Source of the DNA: Phaeosaccion multiseriatum
Lineage: Eukaryota; Protista; Ochrophyta, other classes
DNA length: 64,000 nt
Direction of reading: 5' to 3'
Assembly (NCBI GenBank): GCA_965112735.1
Contig: OZ218965.1
Span: 2,046,001-2,110,000 of the forward strand
Positions within the stretch are counted from its first letter, which is position 1. Each line of letters starts with the position of its first letter. Both the position numbers and the translations under genes were made by a program. A model generated the notes under the pieces. The model did not search any database, had not been told where the DNA came from, and saw nothing but the letters and a program-made list of their open reading frames with translations. Shown piece after piece: positions 25,136 to 36,532 of this stretch.

Positions 25136-25798
25136 AGCCAGTGAAACCCAAGTAACCTCTCGAGGAGAGGCGGCACGAGCCAGCTGACAGGGCGAGGTGC
25201 CGGAGAGCAATGGAGGACAAGTGCTTCGAAGAAGCAAGCAAGAAGGCGTGCGGAAGCAACAAGTGATCATAATTGGGGTGAGAAGAAGGCAGTCTCGGTG
25301 GGGAGCCCCGTAAGCGGCTGGAAGGGATTCCACAGCTCTGCTCGCTCCGGCAAGAAAGGAGGGAGCTCGAAGTGCCTTGGTCTTACTGGTGGTGAGTCTT
25401 ACCACCCCCGGGGCAGGCGTACGAGGTCAAAGGAGCGAAGCAAAAGTGTTCAAGTATTCAAGTATTCAAGTATTCAGGGAGAAAATAAGGTGGCATCCAT
25501 GCCTACGACGTAATAGGAAATTGTAAAAAAAAAAAATTTGGTGGTTTCTTGTGCTTCCTCGCCCTGTCGTTGCATCACCATCTGCAAGACGTAGAATCCG
25601 GTCGTCGCCATTTTTGTTTTTTGTTTATTGTCAATTTTGTTCTCAACACGAGGAGGGGAGAGCCTCCACAGGCACGGGCCTGGCTTCCCTTGCTCCCTAG
25701 CTTTCTCCACTCCCTACGTGTCACTCTTGGGGACGATTTTGACGATGCACAGCAGAAAAGGCTATGGGGGAGAGGAGACGCAGGCACATGAGACAAAA

Positions 25799-26580
25799 AT
25801 GAGTGCAGCTTCAGCGCTCTCCTCTCTGCGTCGTGCGGTGCAGGTGAACCCCTCCGGACTGGCAGTGCTGGGCCTCTCGCAAGAGGGGCACGAGGTTGCC
25901 AAGGCATTGTCATGGGCAGGCATGGCGAGAGCAGTGGACAACTTCGCTCTGCAGTTGCTAAAGGTTTTGCCTGCCGCCACTCGTGCAGCAAACGCCGGGG
26001 CGTTGTCTCCTCTGGCCGCTCAGAGGGTTGCGATAGTCGGGAGGAACAGCCCGGAGTTGCTGCAGCTGCTCTTCGCTGTGTGGCAGACCGGAGCTGTGGT
26101 GCGTGGGGATTTCCCCTTTTTTCTTTTTTCTTCTTCTCCTGCACCTTCTGATTGCTCCTAGTTCTACAAGTCCATGTGCATTAGTATTTTACGGTGCCCC
26201 AGGATTATACGAGGCTCTAGGCGCAGCACCTGCACTCTGGCTGCTCTGCCAGAGTGGCATTTTTTTAATCCGTTGGGCCTCTGACCGCTTGCTGATGCAC
26301 GCGTCTTCTTTACGTGCCCCCTCGACGCGAAACAGGCTGTCCCTCTGAACTTCATGCTGCTGGCGGAGGACCTGTCGTGGACCTTAGCGAACTGCGACGC
26401 CGCCGTGGTGGTGGTGGTGGGCGAGGAGTTTCAGGACCTGGTGCAGACGGCGGTGCATCTTCTGCCCCGCACGGCATCGCCGCCCGTGCTGGTCCGTCAC
26501 TGCAACCCAGGGGGGCTGCAGAGGTGGGAGAAACCAGATGTAGCTGCAGCTGAGACCACGCCAAATACTGGCTCCGCAGT

Positions 26581-26616
<36 letters not shown>

Positions 26617-27362
26617 TGGTGATACAGCAGCAGCAGGCTCGAGCTTGAGTGTGAGAGGCAAAGGAATGGGCAGAGACAAATGCGACGACGACGTGTGCTG
26701 CATCGTGTACACCAGCAGCACCACGGGCCGGGCCAAGGGCGTGCAACTCACGCACGGCGCGCTTGTGTTCCAGGCGCTGGCAAAGTGCGTGTCCGTGCCG
26801 GGCGGCTTCCTGCCCTGCTCAAGACTGCTCTCCATCGCGCCGCTCTTCCACGTGGGAGGTCTCACATCTTCGCTGGCCCTCACGTCCCAGGGAGGCTGCC
26901 ACGTGTTCCTGCCACGGTTCCGAGCATTGGCCGCCCTCCGAGCCCTGCACACGGCGCAAGTGAGCCTCCTCGTGGTGGTGCCTACCGCTCTGCAGATGAT
27001 ACTCCAGCCGATCCTGTCCGAGTCCAAGGAGAGCTTCACTGCGCTCAACAACAGTGCTACTGGAACCACCACCACCACCACTGCGGAGAGCAGCAGCAGC
27101 CTTAGCCTTTTGAGTAGCGCACGGCAAGCTCTCCGCAGTCATGTGCGCACCGTGCTTGTGGGGGGGCAGTCCCTCTCGCCCAAGCTGTCCGCCCAGGCAG
27201 GGCAGCTCTTGCCGTGTGCAAGGTTCTTCCAGACCTACGCGTGCACGGAGGCGTGCTCCTCCATCACTGTCCTGCCCCTGCCGTACCCTCTTCGCCCCCC
27301 GGTGGGTGTGACCGACCCTGCCAACGCCAGCAGCAGCAGCCCTTCCAGAGAGTCTCACACCC

Positions 27363-27453
<91 letters not shown>

Positions 27454-28862
27454 GGGTGCGCCCCCCGTGCGGCCCCTCCATGCTGTACCCGTGGGTCCGG
27501 TGGTGCCCGGTGTAGAGCTGCGCATTGTGGACGTTGAGAGTGGCAGGTGCGTGTGCCTACGTTACCAGCAGTGAGCACGAGGACGGGAGAGGTGAAAGCG
27601 GAATACAGAGCGAAGGGGGGGGAGGGGTGGGTTTTGCCGCTGAACTAATCCAAAGAGGGTGTGCAGCAAGCATCTCATAAAGTGAAGCACTTGCTGACTT
27701 TGGCGCCCATATGGCCTTCGTGCTGCCCCTCAGCAGCTCCCCATTCCCTCCACTTCGGAGTTGCGCTACCTACTCTTGGATTTGTTTCACCGCTCACCCT
27801 TGTTGTGTTCACCTCCAACATTGTTTCGCTCACTCCCAGCAGAGATGTTTCGGCGCGTGGCGGGCAGGGCCACATCGAGACGCGCGGCCTGCATGTGATG
27901 AAGGGCTACTGGAGAAACGAGCGCCTCACCACGCAGGCGATGGATGGACAGGGGTGGCTGCGTACCGGCGACTTGGGTGAGTGTGTGTGCGTGCGTGCGT
28001 GCGTGTGTGTGTATGTGTGTGTATGTAGGTGTGTGTATGTATGTATGTATGTATGTATGTGTGTATGTGTATATATGTGTGTATATGTGTGTGTGGGTTC
28101 TGCTGCTCGAACCGGCCTTCTTGTTGACCCCCCCGTACGTGCGCGCGCGCGCGTGTGTGTGTATGTATGTGTATGTATCTGTGTGTGTATGTATGTGTAT
28201 GCCTGTGTATATGTGTGTGTATGTATCTGTGTGTGTATGTATGTGTATGCCTGTGTGTGTATGTATGTGTATGCCTGTGTATATGTGTGTGTATGTATCT
28301 GTGTGTGTATGTATGTGTATGCCTGTGTGTATGTGTGTGTATGCCTGTGTATATATGTGTGTATGTGTGTGTGTGGTTTCTGCTGCTCGAGCCGGCCTTC
28401 TTGTGGACCCCCACCCCAAACCCGCTCTCTGTGTGAGCAAACCCCAGGCGAACAGCCCTCCTCCATCCCTCCCTAGCCGCAAGCTGGCCTCACACAAACA
28501 CACGAAGGAACTGAGTGAACCTGCCTCCCCCCCACGCCCAATCTGTGTGTCCACATAGGTTTCCTCGACGGTAACAGCGGCATACTCCACTTGTGTGGGC
28601 GGGCCAAAGACATGATCAAGTCTGGCGGAGAGAACGTGTTCGCTTTTGAGGTGGAGCGCGTCCTGCTATCTCACCCCTCAGTGCTCCAGGCCGCCGTGGT
28701 GGGGCTGCCCCACGAGAGGCTCGGCGAGCAGGTGGTCGCTGCTGTGGTAACCGTTTCGCCTTCACTGGAGCGGACATCGCCACCCAGTGCTACTTTGTGT
28801 GCCTCTGCTACTGCTACTGCTACTACTAATACTGCTGCTGCTACTGCTGCTACTGCTGCTAC

Positions 28863-28893
<31 letters not shown>

Positions 28894-29190
28894 ACTACTG
28901 CTACTGCTACTGCTGCTGCGGCCATTGTGGAGAGGGACTTGCTTCTGTGGTGTACCTCTCGACTCGCGGGCTTCAAGCGGCCTCGGCGGGTGGTCTCGTT
29001 GGGCGCGCTGCCTCAGAACGCCAGCGGAAAGGTGCTCAAGCACGTCCTCCGCGACGCGCTGTTGTCGTCGCCAACCCTCAACGGCACGTCGCTGGCTTTG
29101 GCTTCCTCCGATGCTGCTTCTCCTGCCTCTGGGGGTGCTCCGGCGGCGGGGGACAAAAGTCGGTCTGGCCTGGGGCCGGCGAAACTGTAG
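25799..29190 (+). CDS. menE: AMP-dependent acyl-CoA ligase, o-succinylbenzoate-CoA ligase (MenE/AAE14-like), peroxisomal PTS1 -AKL; 4 exons
   Basis: [15 protein letters not shown]...[59 protein letters not shown] and TEACSS resemble plant AAE14; ends AKL*. Exons 25799-26098, 26336-27547, 27843-27976, 28559-29190. Alternative in-frame ATG at 25745. Confidence 0.8.
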
Positions 29191-30108
29191 GGCTGTAACC
29201 ACACAGGGAGGGTGAGAGAGCATGGTTGGTTGTGGGGTTGGGCGTGGTGGGCAAGCTTCTTCCCACGAGCGATGGCCGTGATGACTGGAAGTGGTCAGAG
29301 ATGTGTGTTCTTCCGCCCGGCGAGTTGCCCGTGAGTGCGCGCGGGATGGGGCAACGCCTCTTGGTGAAGGCTGCGATCTTGCTGGAGGGTGTATTGGCCG
29401 CCTCTGCCTCTGCCTGCGTTCCCCTGAGGGAGGGAGGGAGGGCGGGGCAGGGCGCAGAGTGGCGAGCGTCTGTGGCACAGGGCGCCTCTACGGCTCTGCA
29501 TGTTGGCACTCTCAACCACGGGAGAGCTGTGCCCGCCCCCCTGGGAAGCAGAGCCCCCCGGGGGGGGGGGGGGGGCATGACGAGCATGGCACGATGATGC
29601 ACCGGCGTGCGGTTGGCAGCAAACGCGGCTTGACCAGACCAGCAGCACACAACAGTCCAGAACCGGTCCTTCAGAGCCCTAGGGGAGACAGGAGCGAGCA
29701 CCACCAGCCGCCTCCTATACTGCTTCCTTAGTACTCCTTAGTACTCCTATACTGGATCCTTAGCAGCAAAGGGAGCGCGTAGCAGAGGAAGCTGCACAGT
29801 GGATGACTCGGACCGAGAAACACGACCGCTCCTGCTTGACACATTTTATAATAAGGTGGGGAAGGCCCTTGCAGTCTGGCAAGAAGGGTCACCCTGCCCC
29901 AGCAAACGCAGCAGGAGGAGAGGCAGGGGTAGTGGAGCCGCTCTACGACGAGGAGGAGGAGATCCGCGATGGACTGAGCTCCGTCCGTGTGCCGGCGGGA
30001 GGAGGGCCGAGGCAGGAGGGGGCATCGGGTTATCCATGCCGTTTAGTAGAGGGCTTGCCTCCTTGCCTTCGAGCCTCCGCAGAAGGGACCGGCAGCAGCA
30101 GCAGTTGC

Positions 30109-30975
30109 CCGTCCAGCTGAGCCAGAGAGGGGCAATAGTAGTAGCACCAGCCCGTCCAGCTAAGCCAGAGAGGGACAGCAGTAGTAGCACCAGCCCGTCC
30201 AGCTAAGCCAGAGAGGGGCAATAGTAGTAGCACCAGCCCGTCCAGCTCTAAGCCAGAGAGGGACAGCAGTAGTAGCACCAGCCCGTCCAGCTAAGCCGGA
30301 GAGGGGCAATAGTAGTAGCACCAGCACGTCCAGCTAAGCCAGAGAGGGACAGCAGTAGTAGCACCAGCCCGTCCAGCTGAGCCAGAGAGGGGCAATAGTA
30401 GTAGCACCAGCACGTCCAGCTAAGCCAGAGAGGGACAGCAGTAGTGGCACCAGCCCGTCCAGCTGAGCCAGAGAGGGGCAATAGTAGTAGCACCAGCCCG
30501 TCCAGCTAAGCCAGAGAGGGACAGCAGTAGTAGCACCAGCCCGTCCAGCTAAGCCAGAGAGGGGCAATAGTAGTAGCACCAGCCCGTCCAGCTGAGCCAG
30601 AGAGGGGCCGCAGAAGTGGCACCAGCCCGTCCAGCTAAGCCAGAGAGGGGCAATAGTAGTAGCACCAGCACGTCCAGCTAAGCCAGAGAGGGGCCGCAGA
30701 AGTGGCACCAGCCCGTCCAGCTAAGCCAGAGAGGGGCAATAGTAGTAGCACCAGCCCGTCCAGCTAAGCCAGAGAGGGGCCGCAGAAGTGGCACCAGCCC
30801 GTCCAGCTAAGCCAGAGAGGGGCAATAGTAGTAGCACCAGCCCGTCCAGCTAAGCCAGAGAGGGACAGCAGTAGTGGCACCAGCCCGTCCAGCTGAGCCA
30901 GAGAGGGGCAATAGTAGTAGCACCAGCACGTCCAGCCAAGCCGGAGAGGGGCCGCAGAAGAGGCACCAGCCCTCC
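30109..30975. repeat. 43-bp minisatellite, ~20 units organised as 86-bp dimers
   Basis: Core GCACCAGCCCGTCCAGCTAAGCCAGAGAGGG with three alternating internal variants; intergenic. Confidence 0.95.
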
Positions 30976-31487
30976 ACTAAGGCAGATATCTCAGTCAGTT
31001 AGAGATGGCATCTCTTCGGCTCGGGCCGGGAATGGCGGGCAGCCTCAGAGGTGGTCCGGTCCAGCTGCCGAAGCGGGTCCGCAGGTATCACTGAGTAAGC
31101 TTCGATGGGCTCAGCCTCCCCGCCACCCCCAAACCTTGTGCTTGGGCCTCCAAGCGAGATAGCCAAGTGTAATAGTTGCTACCTCTTGATGAGAGAGAGG
31201 GGGATTTCTTTTTTACTACAACCCTATATACCCCCTCCCTTCCCACCCTCCTCATTCCCACCTCTACTTTCTCAGCCCTCTCTTGTTTTGAAATTCTCCT
31301 GCCAAGCGTTGGAACATGGAATTGGCGGGAAAGTGATCGAGGGAAGCTGAAATTTTTGAAACTGCTCTGTCATCCTCCCCTTCTTATACGTACACCCATG
31401 GCCCCCAAAGCGTACGCCAGGTAGAAAAGATGCCTCTACAGAGGGAAAGACGATGTTGCCACCGTCCACCAGCAAGGGATTGTACTA

Positions 31488-33220
31488 ATGAGGACGAAGC
31501 CTGAGAGAGCCAGGAGGAGAAGGGAGAGGACGGGCGACAGGCCTAGGAGACGCAGGGATGAGCTTCTTTGGATCACGGCAGCTGCAGCGTGTATCACGGC
31601 CGCTCAAGGAGGTACCGTGGTACTTACGCGCGGTGCCAACAATGCTTGTGCGAGTGTGAATGGCAATCTCAAATGCTGGGGAAGGTACGGCAACACCCTC
31701 GGGGGGAGATAGCCCGGCCGCCACCAACCAGAGTCGGAGATGGGGAGAATGGAGAGAGGGCGGAGAGAGAGAGAGAGAGAAAGAGAGGGATACATGTATA
31801 TCTATGTAAGGTGCGGGGGGCAGGTTCAAGAAAGGCAAGGTAGTGGCGTGAGCCGTAAGAGAAAGGGGGTTCTCATCGAGCGAGAGTGTTCCTCACGGGG
31901 TGCTGCCTTCTGAATGCTGCGCCCAACTTGCTCGCTTCAGCTACGCTTACGGGAATCTCGGTCTCGGCTCGAACCCTGGCGAGGACATTGGATCCAGCAG
32001 CTCGCATATGGGGGACAACTTGGGCACCGTCGACCTTGGGACAGGACACACAGCAATCACCCTCGGTGCCAACGCGTGGTCTGTGTGCGCCGTGCGGGAC
32101 GACTACAGCGTGGTGTGCTGGGGTAGGAATGCTTATGGAGACCTTGGATATGTAAGTCTCTCTTCCCATGAACAAGTCAAGCAGCAAGTGACGAACGGCA
32201 TGTGACACCTCCCTGTATGTCTCTCCCACGCCCCTGCTACCACCGCCCCCTGAGCAGGACGACACCACTAATCGGGGCCTTTCGAGTAGCGACATGGGCG
32301 ACAACTTGGCTGCAGTCGACCTCGGGGCCACGGCCACGGCACTGAGCGGAGGTGAGTCCCAACCACAGAGAGCCCTAGTTGTAATAGCACAGCCATTGCT
32401 CCTCGCTCGAAAGGTCTTGAAGGCTAAATGCATCTGCTCGCCTTGTCCCCGTCGTCTGCCTGCCTACACTACACCACCTTCCGCACAGGGGAGCGGACCA
32501 TGTGTGCGCTGCTGAGCACGGGAGATGTCAAATGGTGAGAAAACCGAAGCGCAGGACTTAGATGACGTCGATATGCATGGCACTGGCGCCACAGTTCTAG
32601 GAGGGGCGGGGCTTGTTTCCTCATTCCAGCCACTCAGTGTTCTCGGGGTGCCAGGCCACCTATTCCCGAGCTACTCCACACCCCCTGACTTGTGGCCCTC
32701 CCCCGCCCACCTCCTCTGCCTGTTGGTTCCCGTTCCAGCTGGGGATATAACAGTTACGGGCAGGTGAGCAGCAGCAGCAGGGGTGAAGTATTTCAGGGTG
32801 AAGACGCAAGGCCTCCGGCACTCGTGTGGAGGCGACAGAGCCAGTGGCATACTCTCGTGCTCTTTTGTCCATACTCTTACCACACTTCGCCGGTGTTCGC
32901 TCTGCCCCGTCTGGTGTGTGTATGCCTGGCTGTGGCGTGTGTGGCCTGCCGCTGGGACAGGGAAGCACCGTGACTGCAATCGGAGCCAGTTCGGGCGATA
33001 TGGCGGGTTTGGTAAGTACAGGCAGGGGCTTAGGCAGGGGGCAGAAACCTTACACTGGACTTCCACATGTGTAAAGGGAGGTCCAATTCGTGGTGGAGGA
33101 AGCCAGAAGCTTTGCATTGGCGGGGTGTCGGTTCGAATCGAAGCTCATCTGTAACTGCTGCCGGATCGCCCCCCCCCCTCCAATCCTCTGCCTCTCTCTC
33201 TGTCCCTCTTTCCTGTCTCC

Positions 33221-33256
<36 letters not shown>

Positions 33257-36200
33257 CCTCTCCCTCTCTTTCTCTCTCTCTTCTGCCTGAGCCCATCTTA
33301 CATCTCTCTCTGTATCTCTTTCTTGCTTGCCTCTCTGCTCTTTGCCTGCAGGCTGCTATCGACTTAGGGACGGGTGTGTCTGCCGTTGCCATTGAACTCG
33401 GATATGCACATGTCTGCGCGGTAAGAGTGGGCACCAGCAGCAGTGTATAGAGAAAAGGAGGAAGGGGGGTTAACCTCAGCTCATTGGTTCTCCCTCTTTC
33501 CCCCTCCTCCTCACAGATCACGGACTCAGGCGCCGTCAAGTGCTGGTAGGTCGTACGTCTGCCTGTGCTCAGTGCTGAGGTTCACCCCGTGACTGCTTTT
33601 CTCACCCGCGTTACTTCTTTATGTATGCCAAACAACACTAAAAGGGGCTGGAACAACGCGGGACAGACAGGACAAGACCCCGCCGCTGCAAACGTGGGGG
33701 ACGGAGCCAACGAGATGGGCGATAATCTACCCGAGGCGTACATTGGAGGAGGGAGCTACACCGCCACCGCCCTTTCCTTAGGAGCATACCACACCTGCGT
33801 GGTGAGTGTGTTTGCGAAGAGCGGCGAGACACGCTTATGGCAGTGATTTGGCGGGAAGACGTCCTTATTCGTCGTGTAAGGCAGGGAGCGTGAACGAGGA
33901 GTATGCTTCTCGATGACCGTGACTTGGCTGTGCCTCTCCAGACAGAGGAGACCGGCGACACGCCATGTGCAGACGTTTGACACCCTTCCTTCGCCCGCGT
34001 TTTGCCCTCTGCTCTCCCCTCTGTGCTCACCAAGATTCGAAACACCGGTGACGTCGTTTGCTGGGGACGCAACGACTACGGTTAGTGACAGAACCCTAGA
34101 GAATCTGTCAACAGACTCACTTACTCCTCGTTTCCTCTGTGTACAAGTGCCACCCTCACTCACAGCACGCACCGTTCTACTCTACTCGTGTCCCGCTATA
34201 CCCTCTCGGTGTTGCTCACACACGCTTCACAGGCCAGGTAAATAGTGGCTGGGCACACAGCCAAGGGCTCGGGGCTTGTTTCTCTTGGCTGGGTGTAGGA
34301 CTTGGTCCTGATGAGACTCCTACGTGTCTGTCTGGAGGGCACTAATTAGGCCATGTCTCTAGAGCGCTGAGTCGAGCACCACCCTTCACCCCTCGCTCCT
34401 GCTGCTGCCGCACTACCTCACCCCGACCTCTCCCTCCCACAGCTGGGCATTGGCAGCACAACGGGAATCAGTAGCAGCGCTGACTTTGCTGGGATAGTAA
34501 GTACGAGGAGGGAGTACCCGAAGGGGGGCGGAGTATGCGCTTGTGGCTGGGCGTAGCTACTACCCTTCGTAGCTTGTTTTGCACGGGACGTTCATCCTGG
34601 CTGGTTACCAAACCGTCTCGTATGCTGAGGTGAGCTTAGCCTTGCTTCCTTTGCTGCCTTTGCTGCCCTCCTCGTTTCGTTAGCGCCTCAGGCGGCCGTC
34701 GACCTTGGCACCGGAAGAACCGCCACGGCCCTCGCGGCAGCGTACTACAGCCAGTGCGCCATATTGGACACAGGCAGGTTTCTGTGTTTGTGCCAGTGTC
34801 GATGCGGACTTTGCCCTCCTGCCTCTTGCCTGGCTGCCCTACTCGTGGTGAAGGACGCACCCCTACCCTTCGTCCTTGCCTATGGTGATGCGCATATAAA
34901 TGTCTTGCTTCTCTGCTTTGCCATGTCCCTCCCTGCTTGCAGGAGACGTCAAGTGCTGGGGATATGGAGCTACAGGAGGTGAGAACGCTGCTGATGCCTT
35001 AGCTACCAAGGGGACTGAGAGGCTGCACGCCGCTGCCCAGCCAACAGAACAACCCACGGCACGGCACGTCGAATGTTCACTACATGCACATTTGGCTGCT
35101 TCTCTCCTATCTCCTCCCCTCTCTCCTTTTGTGTCATAGCCCAGCTAGCTACTACTCTGATTCATGCCCGCCCTCGACTCTCTCCCCTCTCCTTTTCACG
35201 CGACGGGTCCAACCCCACCGCATCACGAGTAGAGCTCGCCCAGGGCAATACCTTGACTATCGGAGATGATACCGGAGAGATGGGGGACGCTTTGGCACCT
35301 ATAGACTTTGGAACCGGGCGCACTGCCGTGGCCATCAGCGGCCAGTCCTCTGGATACTGTGTGGTGAGTAAGGACTGTGGTCTCCCGTGCTGTTGGAGCA
35401 CCACGGAAGCTTTGCTCATCCGCCTCTCAACGTCCTCGAATCAGGTGCTCGACAATGACGACATCACCTGCTGGGGCAAGAACTACTAGTGAGTTCGAAC
35501 ACAGTCTGCCAAGAAGAAAGGAGACTTGCGGCTGCATAGTAGTGCACATTCTGATGCATGTGCTCTGCCGTGCTTCTCTCCCTCCTCTCCGAACCTCCAG
35601 TGGGCAGGCAGGCATAGGAAGCACCGATACCGACATTGGACATCTTTCTATGTACATCCCTCTCGTGGCGGTGGACTTTGGAACTTCCACTTGGGCGCCT
35701 ACCCCCGCTCCGACGGCAGCTCCGACGCAGGTTCGTGTGCTATACCATTGCCCTCCTCTTTCTCGCGTTGCTTCCTCCATCCATCCACCTTGACCCACAC
35801 CCCCGTTCGCAGGCACCAACAGCTGCACCAACAGCTGCGCCGACTACTGCACCAACAGCTGCGCCGACTGCTGTTCCGACGGCAGCTCCGACGCAGGTTC
35901 ATGTGCTATACCATAGCCCTCCTCTTTCTCGCGTTGCTTCCTCCATCCATCCACCTTGACGCTGCACGCCATCCCACACCCCCGTTCGCAGGCACCAACA
36001 GCTGCACCCAGTGTAGCTCCAACAGCTGCACCGACTGCTGCTCCGACCGTGGCACCGACAGCCGTGAGTATGGCTCTTCCTGGTCTGCTGAATGCATACC
36101 TTATTTCATTCTCTCTGTGTTCATGATTGCGTACCCTGCTCGCTGTCCGTTGGGCCACATGCCTCTGCTTTCCCTTCTTCGAATACTTCCTTCTTACCTC

Positions 36201-36478
36201 ACTGCCCTTTTCGCTTTCCAGACTCCGACGGCATCTCCTACCACAGCAAATCCGACAGGAGCCCCTTCGCCGCCCAGTGGCAACTACCTTGTAGGAAGCT
36301 GGGAGATGGGCGGGGAAGACGCAAGCTTTGCTGATATAGCGGGTGTGGTGAGCTCGATGCGATTGGCAGTCGCGGCGTTCATCGACACCGCGAGGGGGGT
36401 AGACGTTAGTATAACTACATTGGAGGATGGCAGTTTGGGGGGCGCAGGTTCGAGGAGGAGGCTCTGGTGGCACCAGCA

Positions 36479-36532
<54 letters not shown>

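Noticed and set aside
26613-26630. Dispersed motif as SMART/adapter contamination
   Set aside because: Only a loose resemblance to AAGCAGTGGTATCAACGCAGAG; it sits in frame within a coding exon and has diverged variants.
29770-29890. Relic third copy of the unknown PH-like family (LDTFYNKV vs LEALHRKM)
   Set aside because: Similarity is too weak to support by eye.
30109-30975. CRISPR-like array
   Set aside because: The variable parts are three recurring variants rather than unique spacers, there are no cas genes, and the context is eukaryotic.
34081-34237. Introner-type target-site duplications (intron start GT[TC]AG vs micro-exon GCCAG)
   Set aside because: Only 3-5 nt of consensus-like similarity, and no family of homologous introns between unrelated genes is visible in the window.
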